DNA of 64,000 bases from assembly GCA_049319825.1 (NCBI GenBank), contig JBMORT010000002.1, positions 271,230-335,229 of the forward strand, written 5' to 3'. Below the pieces are notes generated by a model. That model saw nothing but the letters and a program-made list of their open reading frames with translations, did not search any database and was not told where the DNA came from. The DNA is from Patescibacteria group bacterium (GTDB lineage Bacteria > Patescibacteriota > Patescibacteriia > UBA11705 > DATKZF01). Below, piece after piece: positions 37,422-46,014 of the stretch; the first letter of the stretch is position 1, and each line of letters starts with the position of its first letter. The translations under genes were made by a program, and so were the position numbers.

Positions 37422-39782
37422 ATGAAAAGGATCAGCGTCATCTGGGCCATTTGTGCCATTCTCGACGTCGGCGGCACCGCTCGCGCCGAGCAAGTGATTC
37501 TCGATGTGCCATTCATCAGCCAGGTGCCGCCCGGCGACTGGAACAATACCAGAAATTGCGGTCCGACCGCGGCATTAATGCTGGCTTCATATTATCTCAA
37601 TGATCAGCCGACTTTGGAGGACATCAAAGCTATCGATGATTGGCTCTATGCCCATCAAATCATTTATCCGCAATATGGCATTGATTTATACAATGGCAAT
37701 TACACCGATTTCGGCGATTTGGCCGATTTGCTGGATGATTATTTCGGTTTGGGCGCGTCGGAAAAAGTATATGCTCAGTCTGAAGATTATATCAAACAGC
37801 AGATCAGGGCAGGCAATCCCGTGATCGTGGCCGTGCGGCTGAATATGCTGCCCGGCGGCCCCGGACATTTTATGCTGGTAATCGGCTTTGACGACACCGG
37901 CGTTATTGTTCATGATCCCGGCCACAGCGCTGAAAATGGGGGACTGGCCAAACATTATGACTTCAATAAATTTCGATCTTCTTGGGCCAGCTGGAGCAAT
38001 GCCAGCATGCATTTGACGCGATTCGTCACCTGGCATCCGAACGGCACGCTGATCAAAAAAGACGCTGATCCCAAAATTTACATGTTGCTTGACGGCTTTA
38101 AGCATCACGTGAAAAATTGGGAAGTGTTTTTGGCCCACGGATTCGATTCGAATAAAATCGTGGCCGTGTCTCAAACGGAGTTGGACTGTTATGCCGAATC
38201 ATGGGCCGTGGACTGGAAGCCTTATCGCCGGGTATTTGGCAATGCCGGCGATGGCAATTATTATTTGATGGAAAAAATGGACGCCAGCCATGCTGGCTGC
38301 GCCATTTACCGTTTCGCGTCTGACTTCGCGGCCGAGAGTTGGGGCAATTATTTACCCGATGTCAGCTGGGTGAACGCGTCCGACGCGGCCGATTATTTGA
38401 CCAATTGCGATCTGGGCGCTGATCTTTTCCTGCGCGATGGCAGTTTGGTCAAGCCCGAACCGGCGCTGGCCAATTTCGGCTATGGACAGGGCGCGGTGTT
38501 TGTCATTCACGATAACGGATTGGCCAGCGCTTTCAGCGATTGGCAGACATTCGAGCGGATGAATTACCATGCCGATGAAATTTGGTCGGTATCGGCCGCG
38601 GAGTTTCTTTCGGCCATCAGGGATTTCGATGTCCATATCTCTCAGTATGATTTGAATCGCTGCGGCGGCGGAGATCTGGGCAGCGGATCGAATTGCGAAG
38701 AAGATGCCATGTACGAATCATACGCCGGTCCGGAAAACACCGTTAATGTCGGCCAGTGCCTCGCCGAGGTCAAGCAATGCTTTGGCGGCCGCTTGTACGT
38801 GATCAGTCGCCAGGTTTTGCCAGAAGCGGAAATCGAAGATGGACTGGACAATGATTGTGACGGTGAGACAGATGAGGAAACCGGGCCGCTTAATAGCCCC
38901 GATGATCCGGAACCAGAACCGGAAGAAGTTTGCTCGAGCGGCCAAATCATCAGCTCATATTCGGGCGATATTTCAACTTACGGCATCGGTGCTTGCCGGC
39001 CGAGGATCGAGCAGTGTCAGAACGGCCAGTGGGTGCTGATTCAGCAGGAAATTTTGCCGCAGGCCGAGCAAAATGACGGACTGGACAACGATTGCGACGG
39101 CCTGCTAGACGATGGCTGGAACCAATATCCCGACCCGCCGCAGGACGACGAAGAATGCGTTGACGGGGAGATGAAAAACATCTACAGCGGACCGATCGCC
39201 ACTTTCGGCGTCGGCATTTGCCGGCCGGCTGTGGAGGAATGCGTTGACGGTTACTGGGAATTGGCACAGCCTGAAATTCTGCCGCAGATCGAGGTGCTGG
39301 ATGGACTGGACAACGATTGCGACGGCTTGGCCGATGAGAACCTGGAGCCGGAAGCAGATCCGGAGCCGGAGCCGGAACCGGATCCCAATGAAGAGAATCC
39401 GATCACGCCAAGCGGCAATGTCTGGGCGGCCAAGTCTTGCGGCCAATATTGCTTGGCGTTTGCCGGCGATTATTTGGCCGGTCATCCGCCCGTCGCCGTT
39501 CTGGTCGGAGATTTCCCGGGTATTGATTGGAACTATCAAAACGGCATTTCCATGCTGATTGCCTCGGACAGTTACTATCATATCAGTCTGATCGGCGCGC
39601 CGGCCGGCATTTATCGGGTGACTTACACCTCGGTTTCCGGCGTGTGGGCTCAGTACGGAGACGACACGCTCGATGATGTCGGACCGTTTCGCTGGTGCGG
39701 TTTTGACGGCAATACTCATACCTGCAGCATTAAGTTCCAGCTGACCGCTGGCGGACAGGTTTTGCCGGCGGGCAATAATTAA
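37422..39782 (+). CDS. Exported C39-like peptidase with three MopE-type (E..DGLDNDCDG..DE) repeats
   Basis: VPFISQ...NCGPTA, GHFMLVIGFD, VHDP; three DGLDNDCDG units; GGAGG SD. Confidence 0.85.
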   Translation: MKRISVIWAICAILDVGGTARAEQVILDVPFISQVPPGDWNNTRNCGPTAALMLASYYLNDQPTLEDIKAIDDWLYAHQIIYPQYGIDLYNGNYTDFGDLADLLDDYFGLGASEKVYAQSEDYIKQQIRAGNPVIVAVRLNMLPGGPGHFMLVIGFDDTGVIVHDPGHSAENGGLAKHYDFNKFRSSWASWSNASMHLTRFVTWHPNGTLIKKDADPKIYMLLDGFKHHVKNWEVFLAHGFDSNKIVAVSQTELDCYAESWAVDWKPYRRVFGNAGDGNYYLMEKMDASHAGCAIYRFASDFAAESWGNYLPDVSWVNASDAADYLTNCDLGADLFLRDGSLVKPEPALANFGYGQGAVFVIHDNGLASAFSDWQTFERMNYHADEIWSVSAAEFLSAIRDFDVHISQYDLNRCGGGDLGSGSNCEEDAMYESYAGPENTVNVGQCLAEVKQCFGGRLYVISRQVLPEAEIEDGLDNDCDGETDEETGPLNSPDDPEPEPEEVCSSGQIISSYSGDISTYGIGACRPRIEQCQNGQWVLIQQEILPQAEQNDGLDNDCDGLLDDGWNQYPDPPQDDEECVDGEMKNIYSGPIATFGVGICRPAVEECVDGYWELAQPEILPQIEVLDGLDNDCDGLADENLEPEADPEPEPEPDPNEENPITPSGNVWAAKSCGQYCLAFAGDYLAGHPPVAVLVGDFPGIDWNYQNGISMLIASDSYYHISLIGAPAGIYRVTYTSVSGVWAQYGDDTLDDVGPFRWCGFDGNTHTCSIKFQLTAGGQVLPAGNN

Positions 39783-39786
39783 ATTC

Positions 39787-39819
39787 AAAAGGGATTATTC
39801 ATAATAAATCCCTTTTTTT
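39787..39819 (+). terminator. Intrinsic terminator
   Basis: aaaagggatt...aatccc followed by T7. Confidence 0.8.
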
Positions 39820-39916
39820 ATTTAGGCAGTCGCCAATCAGCCGGAGGCAATGTCCAGGCCATTATGCGCAGGCTGGCACACCGCAGCGGGTGCTATGAGT
39901 TTTTTAAAAAAAATTT

Positions 39917-39941
39917 AAAAGAGCCTCGTCGGCTCTTTTTT
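39917..39941. terminator. Terminator downstream of rpmA
   Basis: aaaagagcc-tcgtc-ggctctttttt. Confidence 0.8.
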
Positions 39942-39947
39942 GTAAAA

Positions 39948-40244
39948 TTATTTTTTATCCTTGTTCTTTATGGGAATCACATGAACGAATTTAACGTCTT
40001 CAAGATTGCCGGTAAATTTTTTTATTTTTTTATGGGAGAATGAAACATTGCCGTCAGTCGAGGCGAACAAAGTGTCGTCTTTGCCCGACATGACGTTTTG
40101 TCCGGCGCGGAATTTGGATCCTCGTTGCCGAATCAAAATATTGCCGGCCTTGGCAAATTCACCTTCGAATAATTTAACTCCCAGACGTTGTGCATTGGAA
40201 TCTCGGCCCAGTTTAGTACTGCCGGCCGCTTTTTTATGTGCCAT
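39948..40244 (-). CDS. rpmA: 50S ribosomal protein L27
   Basis: [35 protein letters not shown]. Confidence 0.98.
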   Translation of the reverse strand: MAHKKAAGSTKLGRDSNAQRLGVKLFEGEFAKAGNILIRQRGSKFRAGQNVMSGKDDTLFASTDGNVSFSHKKIKKFTGNLEDVKFVHVIPIKNKDKK

Positions 40245-40305
40245 ATTGGGTTAGATTAAAGAAATAGTATTAAAGTTGAAGCTTCTAAGCTGCAAGCTGT
40301 AAATT

Positions 40306-40376
40306 ATTCTAGCTCAATATTTGAAAAGAGTCAAGCAATTGACACATTTGACAGAAATGGCCGAATAAAATAGAAT
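40306..40376. promoter_or_regulatory. Divergent sigma70 promoters (rpmA and the C39 gene)
   Basis: Minus: TTGACT(40334-40329)-17-TAGAAT; plus: TTGACA(40348)-17-TAGAAT(40371). Confidence 0.75.
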
Positions 40377-40384
40377 TAAATCAT

Positions 40385-41212
40385 ATGAAAAAGCTATTTT
40401 TTGCCATATTTATAGTAATTATTTTATCCGCCTGCGCCAACCAACAAGTTGATGACGTTGTTTTGGAAACACCGATTCGGCCTGCCGCGACAGTTGATTT
40501 AAATAGGGCGACACCTGAAACATTAGTTGATGTCGAGCCGCCGGCCACATCGCCCGATTCTTTGATGGCTAAGCCCAGACAGGTCCCATCAACGTTTGAC
40601 CAAGACGTGCTGTTCGCTTCGCAGGCGCCTTTTGGCAATTGGGAATTGCCATATCAAGAGGCCTGTGAAGAAGCCAGTCTGATCATGGCTTATAAATATT
40701 TCGCCAAGCAGGAGCTTGATAAAAACATCATGGATAAAGAAATCAATAAATTGGTTGACTGGGAATTGGGCCAATTTGGCTATTATACCGATACCAATCT
40801 GGATGAAGTCACATACATGGCTGAACAATATTTCGGTTTGGATGTTGAAATTTCGGAGAAGGCCGAGGTTGAATATTTTAAAGAGTTGATTTCCAGCGGC
40901 TATCTTTTAATTGTGCCCGCATCAGGCCGAGATTTGGATAATCCGAATTTTACTTCACCCGGACCGATATTTCATATGCTAATCGTCCGCGGCTATGATC
41001 GAAATCAATTTATTACCAACGACCCCGGCACCAGAAAAGGGCTAAAGTTTAAGTATCATTATAATAATTTGATCAGCGCCATTCATGATTTGATAGTGGA
41101 AAACAGCGAACAGTTCCGGCCGTATGAATTAAAAGATATGCCCGACAGCCAAAAATTGATAAAAATGCGCAGCGGCCCCCAGCGATTTTTAATAATCAAG
41201 GGATTAAAATAA
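40385..41212 (+). CDS. Lipoprotein with C39-like peptidase domain
   Basis: LSAC lipobox; F.SQAP.GNW..PYQEACEEAS, HMLIVRGYD, ITNDPGT. Confidence 0.85.
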   Translation: MKKLFFAIFIVIILSACANQQVDDVVLETPIRPAATVDLNRATPETLVDVEPPATSPDSLMAKPRQVPSTFDQDVLFASQAPFGNWELPYQEACEEASLIMAYKYFAKQELDKNIMDKEINKLVDWELGQFGYYTDTNLDEVTYMAEQYFGLDVEISEKAEVEYFKELISSGYLLIVPASGRDLDNPNFTSPGPIFHMLIVRGYDRNQFITNDPGTRKGLKFKYHYNNLISAIHDLIVENSEQFRPYELKDMPDSQKLIKMRSGPQRFLIIKGLK

Positions 41213-41248
41213 ATAAAATTGGCTCAAATAAGCCAATTTTTTATTTTA

Positions 41249-41277
41249 TTGACATTTACAATGAAAATTGTTAAGAT
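41249..41277 (+). promoter_or_regulatory. sigma70 promoter
   Basis: TTGACA-17-TAAGAT with TG; lies just after terminator 41215-41242. Confidence 0.8.
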
Positions 41278-41325
41278 TTAGTTTCCGTGCAGTTTGACAA
41301 TTAAAACCAAGCAAAGGAGGATGCC

Positions 41326-43176
41326 TTGGGAAAAACAAGAAAAATCGAACCAGATCAACGTGATGTCGGCGTGCTTGCCAAGCAGCCCGGATTTTCCGAG
41401 CCCGGCACAGCCGTAGAATCGCCGACCGGATTTTCCCCGGAGGGGACGGTTTTGGATCACATTGACGATTTGGATGAATACCGCGGTGCGGCCTCGGTCG
41501 TGGATAACGACGCGGCCAGGAAAACGCCGTACGGTGAAGTGATCACTCCGGGGACAAAGGAATGGGACCACGTGGTCGAGGTGCATACCCGGGATACTGT
41601 CCCCGGCGACGGATCGGTCAGGCCGGAAAGTATTCTGCAGGTCCATCTGGATCGGCTGGAACTGGAGCCTCAAAACCGCAGAGAGATTTACGCGGTTTGT
41701 CAAATCTGGTTCCAAAATCCATTGGTGTTCAAAGGACTGGAATCTCATGTGCTGGAAAAATTTCAGCGTTTCGACGCTGAGGGCCTGGCCGCGTCTTTTC
41801 GCGATCAGATCGCCCAAGTGATGAATGGATTGCAGCAGCGCTTGCCCCCAAAGGCCGAACCGAAGGCAGCGGTGCCGGCGCCAAGGCCGGCAGCGGAGCC
41901 GAAACCGCCGGGAAATGAGCTCGATTGGGCGCTGGAAGATTTGCGCTCCGATTCCTTCGGGGCTTTGAAGCGTCTGTATTTGATCTTCCAAAATTCAACC
42001 AAGAAGCACTTGTTCGCCGGCCGTGAAGCCGACGTGATCGCGGCAATCCGATCGCGTGATTTTCAGAAACAAGATGAACAAGAATTGGCTGCTCGTCTGA
42101 CGGCACAACTCCAAGGAAAGGAGGCCCCCATGCCCCAAGACGTGAAGAGGGAGAATGAAAGGCCAGTGGCTGCACCGATTTCGGCGCCGCGCCTGGGGGG
42201 CCGCCGCACCGGCGAGTCCGCCGCCGCCCAGCCGCCGATCGAAAGCCAGACTCATGTGATGGCCGCGGCGGCCATTGCCAGTATCGAAGGGGCAGTGCCG
42301 GCACAGGCGCTAGATTGGAACGCCTGGAAGAAATCCGCGTTCCAAACGTGGGTTGATCTCGCCTTCAAGCGATATTTCTACGACTGGATTGACGCCCTGG
42401 CCGAACTGGTGCGCGCGACCGAGGTGCCGCGGCTGATCGAATTGAACGAGTATCTGTATCGCGCGGTCGATCGCCCGTGGCCCGGCCTGACTGTCGCCAA
42501 CTTCGGCAACGTTCGAGTTTACTTGCGCAGTGATCGACTCCGAGCCGATGACGGTTCATCGTCACTCGAGCTCAGCATTGATTTTGTCCGCGCGGCCGCG
42601 GCTGATCCGCCGCTCTCCCGCAAGGAAGATCAGGACAAACTCAAGCAGCTCTACAATTGGATGCTGGATCGTCTGGATATTCTCTTCGGCATGAAGCGGA
42701 CTCCAGCCGGGTTCAGCGAGTTTTTCTCGGGGATCAACCCGTCATTCGAGCAGGTGGTCGAAGAGTTTTGGGGCGACATCTGGAGCCTGTTCGGCGCCGC
42801 CTGCCGCGAGCTGACGGCGAACGAATTGGTGCCGGAAACCGAAGTCGATACCAGCTTCTGGCGGCAGGTGGAAGTGCTGTCCGAAACATTGCCGCGCGGC
42901 AGCTGGGTCGGGTTTCCGTTCCTGCGAGTCGGCGAGCTTTGTTTGTACTACTTCCGCGGCCGCTTGACCGTGATCCAGTGCGATCACAGCCTCGAAATGA
43001 GCCTGATTGCCGATCATGGCGCGGATGAAGCGGAAAAAGCGCTGCACGAATTGGCCGCGTCGGTCATCATGAAACTGCCGCTGAGCGTCGAAGCGCTCCA
43101 GCGTCAAATCTCCGCCATGAATCAACCGGACATGGTGGAAGAATTGCTGAATCATGCGCTCGAAAGTGAAAAATAG
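41326..43176 (+). CDS. Hypothetical protein; C-terminal ~290 aa paralogous to the next two genes
   Basis: AAAGGAGG SD plus TTG start; shared WPG..VA..G...VYL and LPLSVE motifs; terminator 43181-43209. Confidence 0.8.
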   Translation: MGKTRKIEPDQRDVGVLAKQPGFSEPGTAVESPTGFSPEGTVLDHIDDLDEYRGAASVVDNDAARKTPYGEVITPGTKEWDHVVEVHTRDTVPGDGSVRPESILQVHLDRLELEPQNRREIYAVCQIWFQNPLVFKGLESHVLEKFQRFDAEGLAASFRDQIAQVMNGLQQRLPPKAEPKAAVPAPRPAAEPKPPGNELDWALEDLRSDSFGALKRLYLIFQNSTKKHLFAGREADVIAAIRSRDFQKQDEQELAARLTAQLQGKEAPMPQDVKRENERPVAAPISAPRLGGRRTGESAAAQPPIESQTHVMAAAAIASIEGAVPAQALDWNAWKKSAFQTWVDLAFKRYFYDWIDALAELVRATEVPRLIELNEYLYRAVDRPWPGLTVANFGNVRVYLRSDRLRADDGSSSLELSIDFVRAAAADPPLSRKEDQDKLKQLYNWMLDRLDILFGMKRTPAGFSEFFSGINPSFEQVVEEFWGDIWSLFGAACRELTANELVPETEVDTSFWRQVEVLSETLPRGSWVGFPFLRVGELCLYYFRGRLTVIQCDHSLEMSLIADHGADEAEKALHELAASVIMKLPLSVEALQRQISAMNQPDMVEELLNHALESEK

Positions 43177-43229
43177 TATTAATCTCCTATCAAAATAGGA
43201 GATTTTTTTCTTTTTATTCATGTTTCGTG

Positions 43230-43258
43230 TTGACAGCCGCAATTGAATTTGATATAAG
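43230..43258 (+). promoter_or_regulatory. sigma70 promoter
   Basis: TTGACA-17-TATAAG with TG. Confidence 0.7.
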
Positions 43259-43295
43259 AAAATGATCATTGACATTAAATATCAAGGAGGCAGCA

Positions 43296-44165
43296 TTGAC
43301 AAAGCAGTGGCCGTACCCATCTTTACTGACCAATATTTCTATGCCTCACCAGTGGCCGCGGGCGTCGGTTACGCCGAAAGAGTTTGAAAATTGGCAGGAA
43401 CAAGTTTTGGCCGTGATGAGGAAGACCTGCTGGGATCCTCATTATCGTCAATTCCATGGCGCGCTGATTGTCGTACTGCAAAGAGTGGAGTTCTGGGAGC
43501 TTTTTTCCGATTTGATTTCGATTTATCTTCGGGCGGAATTACCTTTCCCGGGTATGCCTATTTTGGAGGTCGCCAATGCCAAGGTGTTTTTGACCCACAA
43601 CACGATTAATATTGTTCGCGAGGGTGAAAAAAAGGAAATCGCGCTTTTACCCGATGAACAGAAAGGAATTTCCGAGTTTTCAGCTTGGCTTCGTGAATCC
43701 CCCATGGGTTTGTCCGCGGTAAAAACGACATCGGAACAAATTCGAACGCTGATTCAAGAGCGCCTGAAGCCCGCCGATCATTACCTGATTTGTTTGCGGG
43801 AAGTGATCAGGCGGTTCGTCGCTTCATTCATTGAATTTTATATGCAGCGGCCTCCGGCGTTTGATGAAATGTTCGGCTTGATTGAACATGAAGAAGGGTT
43901 TTGGCGTTATGGCATTATCCTCGGCAACCATGAGGGGCTGAAGATTTATTGGAAGAAAGATGAATTGATCGTAATTTTGCCGTCGATTCAAGAGAAAGGC
44001 GCGCCACCGGAGATCCTGTCTATTGCTGACGCTGATTTTGAGGACAGGCTGACGGAAGCTTTGAAACAAACCGCGCCGCAGGCGATATTCGCTCTGCCCA
44101 TGAGTATTGAAGAAATTCAGCAAAACCTGATTAAAAACAACAATGATCCGACTTTTATGTCCTAA
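43296..44165 (+). CDS. Hypothetical protein, paralog 2 of the tandem family
   Basis: Start reassigned to TTG 43296 after AAGGAGG; SIYL....FPG, LPMSIE; terminator 44170-44197. Confidence 0.8.
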   Translation: MTKQWPYPSLLTNISMPHQWPRASVTPKEFENWQEQVLAVMRKTCWDPHYRQFHGALIVVLQRVEFWELFSDLISIYLRAELPFPGMPILEVANAKVFLTHNTINIVREGEKKEIALLPDEQKGISEFSAWLRESPMGLSAVKTTSEQIRTLIQERLKPADHYLICLREVIRRFVASFIEFYMQRPPAFDEMFGLIEHEEGFWRYGIILGNHEGLKIYWKKDELIVILPSIQEKGAPPEILSIADADFEDRLTEALKQTAPQAIFALPMSIEEIQQNLIKNNNDPTFMS

Positions 44166-44203
44166 TGAGCAGCCGCTTAAAATAACGGCTGTTTTTTATT
44201 TAT

Positions 44204-44232
44204 TTGACAATCTTTTCTTTTATGGATAAAAT
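44204..44232 (+). promoter_or_regulatory. sigma70 promoter
   Basis: TTGACA-17-TAAAAT. Confidence 0.8.
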
Positions 44233-44269
44233 GAGTTTTAAAATATTAACCAGAAGGCAGGAGGCAAAG

Positions 44270-45184
44270 ATGGCCGAGGTCACCGTCGCCAGCTGGGAAG
44301 GCCTTCAGTTTGCTCCGATTTTGGAGCATCTGAATGCGCTTTTCCCGGAGCAGGAAAAAGTGATCATCGATCCCAATATTGATCTGAAATTCAAAGAATG
44401 GCTGGAAGCGCTGACCAATCATGTTGTCCAGCGTTGCTGGCCGCAGTTTTTTAAAAAATGGTATCAAACGCTGCTCATCGCGATTGCCAGAGATGATGTC
44501 CGGCGGCTGGCTTCAAGCTCAATGTCCATTTACTTGAAGGCCGGTAAATGCGATAAATGGCCCGGGATAAAAGTCGCCGAACATGGCGTGATCAACGTAT
44601 TCTTATCTCGAGCGAAATTCGTCGTTATCGCGGGCAAAGATGACAAGCACTATCCGATTTTGCCCAAACAGGAAAGTGACAGCGTTTTAAGGTTCGCTCA
44701 GGGATTGATGGCGCTGCATCCGGTATTGGGCATGCGGCTCGACCCGCAGGAGCTTGCCGACTATATCTTGACCAACAACTCTTCGCATGGTTTATTGGCC
44801 GATTGCTGGCCAGATATTGTCGCGAATTTCGTCTCGGCCGTAATCGATACCAAAATATATGAAATTCCGGCCATCGCCGAGGTTGAAGCGCTCAGAACCG
44901 AGACAGGCAAAAAGCCGACTCCGTTTCTGTTGGCCACGGCCGGAAATTTCAAGATTTATATTCGCAGCGGCGTTTTGGTGGTGGTCAATGAAAAGAAAAT
45001 CGAAGGACCGACATTCGAGCCGACCAATCCTGAAGCGGTACAGGAACTAAGCGATTTACTGTCTAATTACGCCGAGCTGCTATTTTCCGTTCTGCCGATT
45101 ACCGTCTCGCAAGTCAAGCAGGCTCTGCATTCGCTCAATCCCTTGCCCGAAGAAACCTCTGCCGTGGCCGGGGAATCAAATTAA
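44270..45184 (+). CDS. Hypothetical protein, paralog 3 of the tandem family
   Basis: Start reassigned to ATG 44270 after AGGAGG; SIYL......WPGI.VA..G...VFL, LPITV; terminator 45186-45210. Confidence 0.8.
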   Translation: MAEVTVASWEGLQFAPILEHLNALFPEQEKVIIDPNIDLKFKEWLEALTNHVVQRCWPQFFKKWYQTLLIAIARDDVRRLASSSMSIYLKAGKCDKWPGIKVAEHGVINVFLSRAKFVVIAGKDDKHYPILPKQESDSVLRFAQGLMALHPVLGMRLDPQELADYILTNNSSHGLLADCWPDIVANFVSAVIDTKIYEIPAIAEVEALRTETGKKPTPFLLATAGNFKIYIRSGVLVVVNEKKIEGPTFEPTNPEAVQELSDLLSNYAELLFSVLPITVSQVKQALHSLNPLPEETSAVAGESN

Positions 45185-45213
45185 TGCCCTCTTAATAAAG
45201 CGGGCTTTTTGTT

Positions 45214-45242
45214 TTGACTGAAATCTTCGGATTTGCTATACT
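45214..45242 (+). promoter_or_regulatory. sigma70 promoter of the Fe-S assembly operon
   Basis: TTGACT-17-TATACT with TG. Confidence 0.8.
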
Positions 45243-45287
45243 AAATCAACAGCCAAATGGAATTTTATAAATTAAAATATTTCATAT

Positions 45288-45653
45288 ATGTATTCTAAAC
45301 AGGTAATAGATCATTTTACCAATCCGCATAATCAGGGAAAAATGGATAATCCGGATGTGATCGGCGAAGCCGGAAACATTCGCTGCGGGGATATTATGAA
45401 AATCTATCTAAAAATAAAAGATAATATCATTGAAGATATCAAATTCGAGACTTTGGGCTGCGCCGCGGCGATCGCCACTTCCTCGGCGATGACCGATTTG
45501 GTTAAAGGCAAAACATTGGATCAGGCCGCGGCGGTGACGGATAAAGACATCGTCGATTCTCTGGGAGAATTGCCGCCGGTTAAATATCATTGCTCGGTTT
45601 TGGCCACGAAAGCGTTGGCTGACGCCATCGGCAAATATCTGAAGAAAAAATAG
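45288..45653 (+). CDS. iscU: Fe-S scaffold IscU/NifU-N
   Basis: YS..VIDHF.NP.N.G, CGD, F.T.GC..AIA.SS, LPPVKYHCS. Confidence 0.95.
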   Translation: MYSKQVIDHFTNPHNQGKMDNPDVIGEAGNIRCGDIMKIYLKIKDNIIEDIKFETLGCAAAIATSSAMTDLVKGKTLDQAAAVTDKDIVDSLGELPPVKYHCSVLATKALADAIGKYLKKK

Positions 45654-45685
45654 ATTAATTTTTTATTATTTACCTGCCACAATAT

Positions 45686-45928
45686 ATGGATTTCAATGAC
45701 CAGGTTAAGCAAGTGATTGAACAAATCAGGCCGCAGCTCCAAGCCGATGGGGGAGACATTGAATTGATAGAAGCTAATCAAGCGACGGGTCAGGTTAAAG
45801 TCAGTCTTCAGGGACATTGCCAACATTGTCCGATGGCCTCGTTCACGCTGGAAAAGCTAATAGAAAAAAAATTAAAACAAGAAATTAAGGGAGTGAAAGA
45901 AGTCGTGAATATTATCGTCGAAAAATAG
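45686..45928 (+). CDS. Nfu/NifU C-terminal domain protein
   Basis: IRPQLQADGGDIEL, LQGHCQHCP (CxxC). Confidence 0.92.
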   Translation: MDFNDQVKQVIEQIRPQLQADGGDIELIEANQATGQVKVSLQGHCQHCPMASFTLEKLIEKKLKQEIKGVKEVVNIIVEK

Positions 45929-46014
45929 AATTTTGCTTTGTTAAATTATTCTTGATATTTTATTTGTTGTTTTGTCGAATCACATTATTTAATCAATAAA
46001 TTATAGTTATCAAT

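Noticed and set aside
41278-43275. Antisense ORFs of 177-237 aa over the 616-aa gene
   Set aside because: No SD, promoter or motif; the plus strand has the expression signals and paralogy
43269-44269. ORF-track starts at 43269 and 44204 (also 16695, 55071, 59371, 60305)
   Set aside because: These upstream starts fall in promoter, leader, terminator or overlapping sequence; SD position or family N-termini support the later starts
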